In this document: piece after piece, positions 1 through 9,342 of the stretch | How positions within the stretch are numbered: the first letter of the stretch is position 1 | Layout: every line of letters starts with the position of its first letter | Origin: an uncultured virus (IMG/VR IMGVR_UViG_3300042270_000151) | Taxonomy: Duplodnaviria; Heunggongvirae; Uroviricota; Caudoviricetes | IMG/VR virus record: IMGVR_UViG_3300042270_000151 | Location: 112,192 to 132,191 of that record | Reading direction: 5' to 3' (one strand) | Length of the DNA stretch: 20,000 nt | The notes under the pieces: generated by a model | The model's input: only the letters and a program-made list of their open reading frames with translations | Told to the model about the DNA's origin: nothing | Database searches by the model: none | Program-made: the position numbers and the translations under genes

Positions 1-341
1 CTGCACCGGATGGCTCGGTAACCGTCAAGACCCTGGGGGCCCAGTTTATGGTCGGCGTGGCGGATGACGTACGCCGTATCCAGAACATCGAGGCTATTAT
101 ACGCAGTACAGTTGCAGCATCTGTCCAAGCAATGGGGGTAGGGGACTACAACATCACTATGTACTACAACATGGTAGGTAACACCACGGTCTCCGTAAGT
201 GTCAACGGCGGGATGCCAGTTGACTATGCGGCACCCTGTTACTGTGATGCCCTCTACAGTCCGGTAGTGGGGGATTCCACACAAAGTCTCTCTACCATTG
301 CAGGTGACCTGGGCAATATGCTTAATACGCTATATCGTTAA
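1..341 (+). CDS. 5'-truncated conserved jumbo-phage protein; by position possibly the phiKZ gp69 (PicA/Imp1, phage-nucleus import factor) homolog
   Basis: The frame is open from base 3 (APDGSVTVKTLGAQFM...) to TAA at 339-341, so the gene starts upstream of the window. The identity rests only on synteny: it lies two plus-strand genes upstream of the nvRNAP beta C-half, as gp69 does in phiKZ. Confidence 0.45.
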   Translation, partial: APDGSVTVKTLGAQFMVGVADDVRRIQNIEAIIRSTVAASVQAMGVGDYNITMYYNMVGNTTVSVSVNGGMPVDYAAPCYCDALYSPVVGDSTQSLSTIAGDLGNMLNTLYR

Positions 342-351
342 GGAGTAACAC

Positions 352-1686
352 ATGAAGCCGATTGTAAAATTCTACCAGTCTCTACTGGAGGATGTCGGCT
401 GCACCATTGAAAAGGATGGTGCAGTCCAATATCCGAATGACAAGGGGGAGCTTGCTCCCCTTAAAGTAAAGGTTCGTCGGGGACGCGGTACCGTATCCCT
501 GCCCCTGTACCTGCCCACCGAGGAGTGGGTGAATGCCGAGGAAGACGGTAAGCGGGTGTTCTTCCATCCTGCTGCAGAGTCTGTTTTCCGTGGACAGTCA
601 GAGGTGTTGAACAAGTTTCTACACTTGGTCTCCAGCCGTACCTACATGGCTACACTGAATGTGGTGGACAGCATTATTGCTCTAGCCGCCCATACCGATA
701 AGCATGCTAAGGTGCCACAGGCCGCTATGGAGAAGATTCTCTCCAAGATGCCAACCACCAGTACGAACACACTGGATGCCTGGCGTCGGATTCCGGCTAA
801 GGTTCTGACGGGGTTTGTCGGAAAACACCCCATGATCCGGTATCAGTTGGAGCGGGTAGAGGGGGACTCCAAGGTACAGCGTCGTCGCTGCACTTTCTCT
901 GTTCCCTTCATGGAATCGCAGACGCTCTATAATGCGCGCCTACCGTCTAAGGTAGCGCACACGGTTATCCGTACCGCCTTTGAGTTGGCGCTAGGGGATG
1001 TACCTGTAGTGGAGTCGTACAATAGCCGTACAGCTCCCTACTTTACAACCCTGTGTAAAACCTTCTATGAAGTAATGTCACGGCTGCAGGAGGTGGCGAG
1101 CCTTATCACCAGTTACCTGACCCAAGACTTTTACTTCTCAGGCCACTGGGTGAAGGATCTTTCCAATCTGGATGACTGGTACCATAATGACCTGTACATT
1201 CAATGGGAGGGTAACATTGGCTTGGGTGCAACTGTGGAGGAAGAGAAATCCGAAACAGTAACGCCTGCACAGGCACCACGTGCAGCGGCGTCCGCGCCCC
1301 CAGCACCAACACCACCACAGCCACAGCCAGTGGCCCCTGCACCGAAGGTAGAGGATGATGGTATCCCGACCTTTAAACCACCGGCAATGACGCCACCTAA
1401 CTATGGCCAAGGTGCAGTGCCAGCACCCCAACCGCCAACGTATGGGCAGCCGCAACCTCAGTACCAACCCCAACCTCAATACGCACCGCCACCGCAGTAC
1501 AACCAACCTTACCCCCCTCAACCCCAATACGGACAACCCGTACCCCAACCCCAGTATAATCAGCCGTATCCGCCCCAGCCCCAATATGGGCAGCCTGGAC
1601 CAGGTGGATATTACGGCCAGCCCCAACAGCCACAAATGTATCTAGACCCTCGCACAGGACAATACCGTCCGATGTCTGGTTACTAA
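352..1686 (+). CDS. Hypothetical protein (phiKZ gp70 position) with a globular N-domain and a ~140-aa Pro/Gln/Tyr low-complexity C-terminal tail
   Basis: 444-aa ORF with AAGGAG RBS at 340-345. PQPQY-type repeats in the C-terminal third. Followed by a terminator. Confidence 0.85.
   Translation: MKPIVKFYQSLLEDVGCTIEKDGAVQYPNDKGELAPLKVKVRRGRGTVSLPLYLPTEEWVNAEEDGKRVFFHPAAESVFRGQSEVLNKFLHLVSSRTYMATLNVVDSIIALAAHTDKHAKVPQAAMEKILSKMPTTSTNTLDAWRRIPAKVLTGFVGKHPMIRYQLERVEGDSKVQRRRCTFSVPFMESQTLYNARLPSKVAHTVIRTAFELALGDVPVVESYNSRTAPYFTTLCKTFYEVMSRLQEVASLITSYLTQDFYFSGHWVKDLSNLDDWYHNDLYIQWEGNIGLGATVEEEKSETVTPAQAPRAAASAPPAPTPPQPQPVAPAPKVEDDGIPTFKPPAMTPPNYGQGAVPAPQPPTYGQPQPQYQPQPQYAPPPQYNQPYPPQPQYGQPVPQPQYNQPYPPQPQYGQPGPGGYYGQPQQPQMYLDPRTGQYRPMSGY
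1492..1596 (+). repeat. Duplicated 16-aa coding repeat PQYNQPYPPQPQYGQP (1492-1539 and 1549-1596)
   Basis: The two peptides are identical, yet 13 of 16 codons differ synonymously. Confidence 0.9.
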
Positions 1687-1694
1687 CGGCACGT

Positions 1695-1740
1695 ACACCC
1701 ATACGCCCGAAAGGGCGCATGGGTGTCTATTTCTTTTTTT
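1695..1740 (+). terminator. Intrinsic terminator between convergent genes
   Basis: ACACCCAT-A-CGCCC-GAAA-GGGCG-C-ATGGGTGT hairpin (1695-1726) followed by a T-rich tract. Confidence 0.85.
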
Positions 1741-1741
1741 G

Positions 1742-2077
1742 TTACAGTCGTGCTTGAGTGGTGAGGTACTGGTCTAATATTTCTTTAAATATAGACGGTG
1801 TGTAGGTATAGACTGTATCCACTTCCCCATGAAAGTCAGCTGGACTATGATAACCGTTCGCCCTTAACGTGGGCCATTGGTGGGGCACCGCTACCCCTAG
1901 CTCGGATAATAATCCATAAAAGTCACCCGCGTACATGCGTTTTTGACGTTCAGTGATGGAGACGTGCTCTTGAATATTGCGCCGGATGACGGGCAAGTGG
2001 GTTTCGATTGCCACTCTATATCCAGCTTCATAATAGTTAGCCTTGCCGCGAGGTACGGCGAGCTTATCAACGTTCAT
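1742..2077 (-). CDS. Small hypothetical protein (~111 aa), divergent from the RNAP gene
   Basis: The ORF track gives 1742..2089. The ATG at 2077, preceded by GAGGG, is the likelier start. It fills the gap between the terminator and the RNAP promoter. The segment DFYGLL...WPTLRANG loosely recalls LysM/baseplate-wedge-type helices (unverified). Confidence 0.7.
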   Translation of the reverse strand: MNVDKLAVPRGKANYYEAGYRVAIETHLPVIRRNIQEHVSITERQKRMYAGDFYGLLSELGVAVPHQWPTLRANGYHSPADFHGEVDTVYTYTPSIFKEILDQYLTTQARL

Positions 2078-2139
2078 AATGACCCTCAACCTTATTTCAG
2101 GTACTCTATAGCATCCACTCGTTATCGTTTAAGCTGAAA

Positions 2140-2151
2140 ACCTATATTACC
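2140..2151 (+). promoter_or_regulatory. Candidate early phage promoter ACCTATATTACC
   Basis: Contains TATATTAC, the reported phiKZ early promoter consensus. It lies ~35 nt upstream of the nvRNAP gene, and the same 12-mer occurs at 18062-18073. Confidence 0.7.
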
Positions 2152-2184
2152 GTACTGAGCAGTAAATGTCACAGGAGTGTACAG

Positions 2185-4260
2185 ATGGAAAAGACGCGCA
2201 ATAATCTCCGACACTTGGGCACTATGGCGGCTATATCGCCCATGCTTAAGTTTAACTCGGGCAGCCGCATGCAGATGGTCTGCTCACAGATCTCTCAGGC
2301 GGTGATACCGAATAAACCGGATACCCCTCGTATCCTAACTGGGTTAGAGGATCAACTCGCAACCCATACGTTTGGGGTGAAGGCACCTGAGGACCTGCAG
2401 GTCTATGCAGTGCTCCATAAGTATACGGGCGGTGTAGGGGCGAACTCCATTGCCTATAACCCACTGGTTACGGTAATTTACCGTAGTTTGGAAACGGGGT
2501 ATTTTGGAGTCTTCCATGTAGAGACCTATCAGAACCAACTGGAACGTGTACATGAAACCTTCGGGTTTAAGTATAAGTTCACCCCCCTCATGCATCAGCT
2601 TGCACGGGGAATGACTCTCGATAGAGGGGATGTACTTTCGTATAGTCCTACCGTTGAGAATGGGTACTACTCCAATGGTCTCAATTGTAATGTTGCGTAC
2701 ATGTCCGTACCGGCTACAATTGAGGATGGGTTCGAGGTATCCCGTGACTTCCTTGAACGCGCCACACCCATTGCTACGGGTACCCGTGTAGTAGAATGGG
2801 GTCGTCACTACTATCCAATTAACCTCTATGGGGATGACCGGATCTATAAGCCGTTCCCTGAGATTGGAGACACTATACGTGAAGATGGGCTAGTCTTTGC
2901 ACTGCGCAAATACGACCCTATGTTAGATGGGGTTGAAATGTCCCGTAGGGAGCTTCAGACTCCGGATCTGACGCATGATAAGTTAACCTATGGTGTACCG
3001 GGTGCTAAAATCATCGATATTACGGTACACACCACGACCAATGAGGGTCGCAGAACGTACCATACGCCATCGGGTATGGAGGATGTCGCTAAGAAGTATG
3101 CTGATCGGCATGCGCAGTATTATGACCGCATCGTGCAGGTTTATCATCAGATTAAACAGGAGACCAATTACAAACCGAATCTAACCCCAGAGCTTCTGAC
3201 ACTGATAGAGCGGGCTATGGGCGTGCGCCCTAATGAAGCGGTTAAGCGTCTAGAGTCGGTGAAGGGTCGTAAAAACTCTATCCAGAAAACATACCGTGCT
3301 AACCCCATGGATGAGTGGCGAGTAGAGGTCATGTACGCGCACCGTTTCACTGCCGACTTGGGTGCTAAGATATCAGACATGGGGGGCGGCAAAGGCGTGG
3401 TTTGCGGTGTACGGGAAAGCCATGAAATGGCGGTGGATGACTTCGGTAACCGTGCTGACGTTATTGTGTACGGTAAGGGCGCAGTTGCGCGGCTGAACCC
3501 CGGTCAGTTCTATGAGCAATACATCAATGCGGTGGCACGAGACGTTGCAGGCGATATTCGTCAAATGATGGATGCTGGTCAGAACGAACAAGCCTGGCTA
3601 CATTTTCAGACACTGGTTGCCTGTACCTCTACCGTAATGGAAGAGAATATCCGTGACCTATCCGAAGCAGAGAGGATGGAGGTGTTGGATAGCATTTATA
3701 ACCAGGGTATCTATCTGGTTATCCGTGCAGACGATGAGAAACTTTGTCCCGACTTGTACCGTAAGCTTAAAGCCTTCAGACCACCAAACAAGTCACCGGT
3801 CACCTATGTCAGTCGTACCGGTGAAACGGTTCGCACTAAGGACCCGGTCCTGATTGGTACTAAGTTTATGATTGTACTGGATAAGTTGGATCACAAGCCC
3901 ATGGCGGTTTCTGGTATCTTAAGGCAGCACCATGGTCTGCCAGCAGTACAGAATAAAACTACTAAGCACTCAACTCCATCTAAGGAACAGCCACCTCGTG
4001 TCATCGGGGAAACTGAGTTGCGTAGCCTGGTATCGGTTATCGGTGGCGATGCCGCTGCTGAAACCATGGATTTGGCGACTAATCCAGAAAGTCACCGCAT
4101 GGCGGTCAATTCAATACTGCTATCGGACCGACCTTCAGACATTGAGTGTTTGGTCGATCGAAATGTAGTACCGATTGGTGGGCGTCCGATTAAGTTTGTC
4201 CGACACATCGCCGCGTGTGCCGGATGGGAAATCATTCGTGTCCCCCGACATAAACAATAA
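2185..4260 (+). CDS. rpoB: Non-virion RNA polymerase beta subunit, C-terminal half (phiKZ gp71-73-like), uninterrupted
   Basis: RpoB-like motifs in order: SRMQMVCSQISQAV (RALMGANMQRQAV), NVAYMSVPATIEDG (VAFMPWNGYNFEDS), GAKISDMGGGKGVV (GDKMAGRHGNKGVI), ARLNPGQ (SRMNIGQ), IGETELRSL (FGEMEVWAL). AGGAG RBS. Confidence 0.93.
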   Translation: MEKTRNNLRHLGTMAAISPMLKFNSGSRMQMVCSQISQAVIPNKPDTPRILTGLEDQLATHTFGVKAPEDLQVYAVLHKYTGGVGANSIAYNPLVTVIYRSLETGYFGVFHVETYQNQLERVHETFGFKYKFTPLMHQLARGMTLDRGDVLSYSPTVENGYYSNGLNCNVAYMSVPATIEDGFEVSRDFLERATPIATGTRVVEWGRHYYPINLYGDDRIYKPFPEIGDTIREDGLVFALRKYDPMLDGVEMSRRELQTPDLTHDKLTYGVPGAKIIDITVHTTTNEGRRTYHTPSGMEDVAKKYADRHAQYYDRIVQVYHQIKQETNYKPNLTPELLTLIERAMGVRPNEAVKRLESVKGRKNSIQKTYRANPMDEWRVEVMYAHRFTADLGAKISDMGGGKGVVCGVRESHEMAVDDFGNRADVIVYGKGAVARLNPGQFYEQYINAVARDVAGDIRQMMDAGQNEQAWLHFQTLVACTSTVMEENIRDLSEAERMEVLDSIYNQGIYLVIRADDEKLCPDLYRKLKAFRPPNKSPVTYVSRTGETVRTKDPVLIGTKFMIVLDKLDHKPMAVSGILRQHHGLPAVQNKTTKHSTPSKEQPPRVIGETELRSLVSVIGGDAAAETMDLATNPESHRMAVNSILLSDRPSDIECLVDRNVVPIGGRPIKFVRHIAACAGWEIIRVPRHKQ

Positions 4261-4272
4261 GGAGTAACCCTA

Positions 4273-6228
4273 ATGGCGAACATCTATGCAGCAAGCACCC
4301 TGTGTATGCTGACAGAGAAGGAGGTATGGGCCCTACCTGAGGGCCCTATGGTGGTAGAGTTTGCCGACGGATCCACCTTGGAAACTGGTAAGCGTCGTAC
4401 TGTATTGAGCTGGTACTTTTGGCGTATGCACCGTGAGTTTCCAGGATGCCCTATATTGCCCACTCACCATGTTGGTAATAAATCCCTTACCAAGGGGTTT
4501 GATCAGAAGCTGGGGGCTAAGATTTTCTGGGATGTCTATGAAGGGTATCCGGATAAGCGGGAGAACTTGGTCTGGGAGATGTCAAAGGTCAGCTATGAGA
4601 TACTTAACACCGTCCACAACATCACGGTCGCCCGTCTAGCGGGCTATGTGACAACAGTGGACCTGGAAGATGTAATAGACCTCATGGATGACCCGGTAAT
4701 ACGGGAGGTGAAAGATAAGATCGAAGCGGATGAGATGGAGTTCAAGGAGGGATACGAGCTCATCATGCAGGAGCTTAAGAAGGACAAGCCCTCATTACGC
4801 AATAATGGGGTTGCTAAGATGACCCGTGCGAACCTGCTTTCTGAGAAGCAGTTGGTGCAGTTCATTGGTGCACGTGGTAATACCTTTGCTACGGATGGCT
4901 CTATCTTTATGTACCCCATCAAGAAGTCCTATGCGGACGGGTTCGATACGTTGTACGATAGCATTACGGAATCCCGCAGCGCGTCTCGTGCACTGTTGAT
5001 GAACGATGATCCGCTGAAGGACTCTGAGTACCTGAACCGACGAATGCAGCTTCTTGCAGCTGTCGTGCGCAGTGTCGTGGGGGATGATTGTGGTACACCC
5101 CACACCATCCCATGGTTGGTATCTGAACAGGACATGCATGGCCTTAAGGGTAAGTACCACATGGTCGATGGTCGACCGGTGCTGTTTGATCCTAAGGACA
5201 CGTCATTGATTGGACAGGTCATTAACATCCGTTCTATCACTATGTGTCAGAATGACGATACCGGTACGGTCTGTAAAACGTGTCTGGGACAAATCTCCCG
5301 TATTGTCCCCCCTAGAACCAACGTAGGGCACTTTCTGACAACCGACCCACTGTCCTCACTCTCTCAGCTAATCCTTTCTACGAAGCACGTTGAGACCTCT
5401 CAAGGCGCCTTGTATTTCTCATTGGATGGTGAGGCCGGTAAATGGTTCCGCTATGACCCCGATAACCGGTCAGCGGTTACACTGAAGCGACAGAATGCAG
5501 CGAATACCTTCCTGATTCGCTTTGCTGAAGAAGAGGCCCCTGGCCTTAACAGTGTCCTTCAAAGTGGTGATCCCGCAGGGTTACTGCCGCAGCGTGTATC
5601 CTGTATTACGGAGTTGCAAATTGCAAACGCCGATGGCCACGGGCAGCAGAAAGGGGACTGGAGTATCTTCAACCTGCGTATAGGGGATGAAGGCTCTGCA
5701 CTCTCCTCGGATGTCCTGGAGGCCATTGCCCGTAATGGGTGGAAAACCGTTAACGGCGTTGTGGAGGTACGCTTGGACGGATTTAAAGGTCGGCCGGTCT
5801 TCATTACCCCCAGACGCAGTGAGAGCATGCTGACGTTCCAGCGTCGCATTAAACACTTTGTCTTTGGGTCTGAGGAAAAGGATGAGGCCATTGTCTCCCA
5901 TAAGCACCCCGGTCAGGCGGTGGCGGCAATGAAACGCCTCTTCGATGAAAAGATAAAGGTCAACCTAGCCCATGCGGAAATCTTTGTACGTGCCTGTATG
6001 ACGGTGAACGCCTATGCTAACGACTATCGCCTACCTCGTGGTGGTGATCCATTTGTCTTTATGTCCGCCCGTCGGATTATATCGAACCGGTCCGTGTCGG
6101 CGGCTTTGGCCTTCGAGGGACAGAAGCGGGTCATTCTTAACCATAAGAGTTACTTGACCCATGAGCGTCCAGTGCACCCGCTGGATCCCATTATTGGGGC
6201 CGATGCCCCGTATGTAGATAACCGCTAA
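4273..6228 (+). CDS. rpoC: Non-virion RNA polymerase beta' subunit, C-terminal part (phiKZ gp74-like)
   Basis: Bridge-helix-like SRSASRALL...KDSEYLNRRM; DDCGT; Zn site IRSITMC...VCKTCLG; trigger-loop-like SQLILSTKH. AAGGAG RBS. No DFDGD motif, as expected for a split subunit. Confidence 0.92.
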   Translation: MANIYAASTLCMLTEKEVWALPEGPMVVEFADGSTLETGKRRTVLSWYFWRMHREFPGCPILPTHHVGNKSLTKGFDQKLGAKIFWDVYEGYPDKRENLVWEMSKVSYEILNTVHNITVARLAGYVTTVDLEDVIDLMDDPVIREVKDKIEADEMEFKEGYELIMQELKKDKPSLRNNGVAKMTRANLLSEKQLVQFIGARGNTFATDGSIFMYPIKKSYADGFDTLYDSITESRSASRALLMNDDPLKDSEYLNRRMQLLAAVVRSVVGDDCGTPHTIPWLVSEQDMHGLKGKYHMVDGRPVLFDPKDTSLIGQVINIRSITMCQNDDTGTVCKTCLGQISRIVPPRTNVGHFLTTDPLSSLSQLILSTKHVETSQGALYFSLDGEAGKWFRYDPDNRSAVTLKRQNAANTFLIRFAEEEAPGLNSVLQSGDPAGLLPQRVSCITELQIANADGHGQQKGDWSIFNLRIGDEGSALSSDVLEAIARNGWKTVNGVVEVRLDGFKGRPVFITPRRSESMLTFQRRIKHFVFGSEEKDEAIVSHKHPGQAVAAMKRLFDEKIKVNLAHAEIFVRACMTVNAYANDYRLPRGGDPFVFMSARRIISNRSVSAALAFEGQKRVILNHKSYLTHERPVHPLDPIIGADAPYVDNR

Positions 6229-6240
6229 AGGACGTACCCT

Positions 6241-6450
6241 ATGTTTGTACTGGATACCGGTGCCCGTGTAATCTGCACGGATAAGAAAAGGCGCAAAGGG
6301 GAGTCTAATCCCGCTGCGTTAGAAATCGGTAAAACCTATCGTGTGACGGCGGTGCACACAGATGCTGCCCCAGAGCCATTGGTGGAAGTCGATGGCACAC
6401 TGGGGCAATTTTCGGTCGAACACTTCACCTTTGAATACGTATCACACTAA
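6241..6450 (+). CDS. Small hypothetical protein (69 aa), beta-rich, possibly SH3-like
   Basis: AAGGA RBS; in-operon spacing after rpoC. Confidence 0.7.
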   Translation: MFVLDTGARVICTDKKRRKGESNPAALEIGKTYRVTAVHTDAAPEPLVEVDGTLGQFSVEHFTFEYVSH

Positions 6451-6470
6451 CCACCTAAAGGACTATTACG

Positions 6471-6704
6471 ATGCAAAAGCAACTGATGAATGCTGCCCGT
6501 GAAAAACTGGAACGTCAGTACCAGATCAGCCTCCCCAAGACGCGTGGGGAGCTGGATAATCTACTCAATACCCTGCGTCCAGAGGGACAGGATACACACC
6601 TGTGGGCAGGATGTCGCAGTGCAGTCTCTGAAGCACTGGAGATCCCAATGTCGGATACCCTTTTTCAGACCTGGTTTACTGCGACGGTTAATCAGAAGGC
6701 ATAA
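6471..6704 (+). CDS. Small hypothetical protein (77 aa)
   Basis: AAGGA RBS; ends just before a terminator hairpin. Confidence 0.7.
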   Translation: MQKQLMNAAREKLERQYQISLPKTRGELDNLLNTLRPEGQDTHLWAGCRSAVSEALEIPMSDTLFQTWFTATVNQKA

Positions 6705-6715
6705 ATAGTTATAGA

Positions 6716-6756
6716 CATGCACTGGGCGAGCCCAGTGCATGGTCATTATTTTTTAT
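6716..6756 (+). terminator. Intrinsic terminator of the RNAP operon
   Basis: CATGCACTGGG-CGAG-CCCAGTGCATG (perfect 11-bp stem) followed by TTATTTTTT. Confidence 0.85.
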
Positions 6757-6791
6757 TGCCACTAGGGCTAGGCATCCTATAATAGGGGATT

Positions 6792-8765
6792 ATGGCTGTC
6801 ATGGGAGGCAGAATGGTTAAGTTTAAAGTAGACGTCTACAGTCATGGTGTACGTATTCAGGTACATTACCCGAATGAGCGAGAAGCCATCCTTAAGTACT
6901 GTGAGCGACTGGCGATCTTTGAAACCGTCTGGATTCCAAAGCTTAAGCGTCGAGTTAAGAAAACCAAGGCCGTCTTTGCAACGGCTACACATGACCGTAA
7001 AGAGTTTGGATTTCTGAAAGCGGAGATTACAAAGGTTGAGGAGTATCTAAGGGGACTAGGGTACACTAGTAGTGACTTTCAATACACGTACCACGAGCCT
7101 ATTGAAGGTACCCCTATCGAGATAGCGTTGCAGAAGGGAGTAGGGCCTCGCAATGAGGAGCAGGAGTTGGCCATGTCCTTCATGAAGGAAGGTAAGGCCA
7201 TTAACCGTGTACTAAACCTTCCTACTGGCTTTGGGAAGGCACAGCCGCTTTCCTCACAGGTGTTAACACCACACGGTTGGGTCAAAATGGGAGACCTTAG
7301 TGTAGGGGATCCCATTAGCGGACCTGATGGTAGTGAAGGTGTGGTTGTGGGTATCTATCCACAGGGCGTACGTCCAGTATACTGCATCACCCTAGAGGAT
7401 GGGCGACAGTCAACCGCTGACGCTGAACATCTCTGGTATACCATGGAGAAAGGGTTAACGGGTGAGGTGCTAACAACAGCAACCCTCAAGGATCGGGTGG
7501 AGAACGGTCGTGAGCAGTATTTGCCCATACATGTTCCAGATAGCGACTATTTGGAAATGTCTAGGGTTATCGACGTACAGTACGTAGGGGCGGATGAGGT
7601 CCAGTGTATAGAGGTATCACACCCATCTCACCTCTATGTCACAGATGACTTTATCGTGACACACAACACCGCCTGTGGTCTCATGACCACTGCACATTAC
7701 AAGGTAAGAACAGCCTTTGTAATGGCCTCGGGGCATTTTAAAACGTGGATTGACTCCACTAAGTGGGTACTGGACATTGATCACGCTAAGGACATCTGTG
7801 TGGTACAGGGGCGTGAGCATTTGGTGAATCTGGTTAAGTTATCGTTAGCCGGACAGAATGAGTATAAGCTCATCTTTATCTCCATTGCTACCATCCGGGC
7901 CTTTCTCAAGGACTACCTTACAGAGGGATACACCATTGAGGGTGTGACGCCCTATGAGCTATTCCCCACACTAGGCGTGGGCATGCGCATCGTGGATGAG
8001 TCACATGAGAATATCCATGCACTCGTAACCGCCACCACCTTCACGCATGTACGTAGAGCCATCTACCTATCTGCGACACTGGTGTCGGAAGATGAGAAGA
8101 TCAACAACCAATACCTTAAAATATTTCCTATGGAGGATCGTTTTAAAGACGTAAGTCAAAATGAACACGCGCAATGTGTCTCCGTAACCTATAGACTCGA
8201 GCACCCTGACAAAGTGAAGTGTACGGGTACTAAGGGATATAGTCACGTCGCGTATGAGCAGTGGTTAATGGCGAACCGTACCGCGGAGACGCGCTACTAT
8301 GAGTTCATAGAGAGTTTAGCGGAGCAGGCATTCGTCTCAGACTACCAGGACGAACAGAAGCTTCTTATTTTCTGTGCAACCACTGAAATGTGTGAACGCC
8401 TGGCCAGTCGACTGAGTAAGCTCTATCCGCAGTTTAAAACCTCAGCCTATACAGCGTCCTATGCCCCAGAGGTATTGTACGCCAATGACATTATCGTCAG
8501 TACACCGACCTCGGCGGGTACTGGTAAGGACATACCTAACCTAAGGGCCTGTATCAGTACGGTGGCTATTGGTTCGGTACAGCGTAACTTGCAGCTACTG
8601 GGGCGTCTAAGGCCTATAAAGAAATATCCCCATATTGCACCTGTTTACTACTGGCTAACCTGTCTGGACATCCTCCAGCACCGTGAGTACGACGTACGTA
8701 AGCGAGAACAGTTTTCCGGTAAATGCGCCTCTATTGGGGACATGCCGACAAACGTTGTCGTTTAG
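6792..8765 (+). CDS. Superfamily 2 DExH helicase (phiKZ gp75-like) containing an intein
   Basis: Walker A LPTGFGK|T, restored after splicing; Walker B IVDESH; motif III LSAT; motif VI QLLGRLR. Alternative start at 6813. Confidence 0.9.
   Translation: MAVMGGRMVKFKVDVYSHGVRIQVHYPNEREAILKYCERLAIFETVWIPKLKRRVKKTKAVFATATHDRKEFGFLKAEITKVEEYLRGLGYTSSDFQYTYHEPIEGTPIEIALQKGVGPRNEEQELAMSFMKEGKAINRVLNLPTGFGKAQPLSSQVLTPHGWVKMGDLSVGDPISGPDGSEGVVVGIYPQGVRPVYCITLEDGRQSTADAEHLWYTMEKGLTGEVLTTATLKDRVENGREQYLPIHVPDSDYLEMSRVIDVQYVGADEVQCIEVSHPSHLYVTDDFIVTHNTACGLMTTAHYKVRTAFVMASGHFKTWIDSTKWVLDIDHAKDICVVQGREHLVNLVKLSLAGQNEYKLIFISIATIRAFLKDYLTEGYTIEGVTPYELFPTLGVGMRIVDESHENIHALVTATTFTHVRRAIYLSATLVSEDEKINNQYLKIFPMEDRFKDVSQNEHAQCVSVTYRLEHPDKVKCTGTKGYSHVAYEQWLMANRTAETRYYEFIESLAEQAFVSDYQDEQKLLIFCATTEMCERLASRLSKLYPQFKTSAYTASYAPEVLYANDIIVSTPTSAGTGKDIPNLRACISTVAIGSVQRNLQLLGRLRPIKKYPHIAPVYYWLTCLDILQHREYDVRKREQFSGKCASIGDMPTNVVV
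7239..7667 (+). mobile_element. Class 3 (Ala-start, WCT-motif) mini-intein, 143 aa, without a homing endonuclease
   Basis: Block A AQPLSSQVLTPHGWVKMGDL; block B ADAEHLW; block F VQCIEV; block G FIVTHN followed by +1 Thr. Inserted between K and T of the P-loop. Confidence 0.92.
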
Positions 8766-8797
8766 ATAAGGAGGTTCACCCCTCCTTATTTTTTTTT
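8766..8797 (+). terminator. Intrinsic terminator after the helicase
   Basis: ATAAGGAGG-TTCACC-CCTCCTTAT followed by a T run. Confidence 0.85.
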
Positions 8798-8853
8798 GTC
8801 TGGTAGGGTTGGCAAATCCTATTGATACGACCTTTAAAATAAGGAGCACCCTT

Positions 8854-9342
8854 GTGAAAGTTATACTGGTTAAGTCGGTAGGTCAACTCTACCTGGAGTT
8901 ACTGGCCCACCTAGAAAAGAATAAAGAGATTCCTCTGACACTGCAATTTGATACAGTGTTTTTATGGGACACTGAGCTACTAGGTATTCACGACACCATC
9001 GATCTGTTTGCGGGTAAACTGGATATGCAGATCGAGGTACTCTACGATATGCCGGTACACTTTGCAGTGGTATTGGCGGCACTGCCAGTCGAAAAGCGAC
9101 GTTGCATGCCTTCTACTATCGTACACTTTGTACGCCAGACCCAATACGCGATGGGTACCGCAACCGACATTACGGCCACTGGTGAGCAGGTCATTCGGGT
9201 AGAAGAGCGCATTGCATCTATCATCGCTGCTACGACGCGTTTGGAGACAGTTGACATTCGCACCCGCTGTGACCGACATGAATACATGACCGCCGATCAG
9301 GCGATTGAGCTAGGTGTGTTTGGAGGATACGTTCATGGCTAG
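8854..9342 (+). CDS. Degenerate, catalytically inactive ClpP-fold protein (ClpR-like pseudo-protease)
   Basis: GTG start after AAGGAG (8841-8846). The C-terminal half aligns by eye to ClpP: VVLAALPVEKRRCMPST...GTATDI...IIAATT...DRHEYMTADQAIELGV. The Ser, His and Asp triad positions are all substituted. Confidence 0.78.
   Translation: MKVILVKSVGQLYLELLAHLEKNKEIPLTLQFDTVFLWDTELLGIHDTIDLFAGKLDMQIEVLYDMPVHFAVVLAALPVEKRRCMPSTIVHFVRQTQYAMGTATDITATGEQVIRVEERIASIIAATTRLETVDIRTRCDRHEYMTADQAIELGVFGGYVHG

Noticed and set aside
372..1720. Several antisense and alternate-frame ORFs over the Pro-rich gene (e.g. 1138..1635 -, 1397..1720 -)
   Set aside because: They are shadows of the low-complexity repeat, with no RBS and no recognisable protein features.
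2252..5907. Many 60-150 aa ORFs inside the two nvRNAP genes
   Set aside because: They are fully nested in well-supported genes and lack their own translation signals.
8809..9342. Upstream ClpP-like ORF as a pseudogene
   Set aside because: The frame is intact, it has a strong RBS, it overlaps the next gene and it keeps structural motifs. It is treated as a pseudo-enzyme, although decay is not formally excluded.
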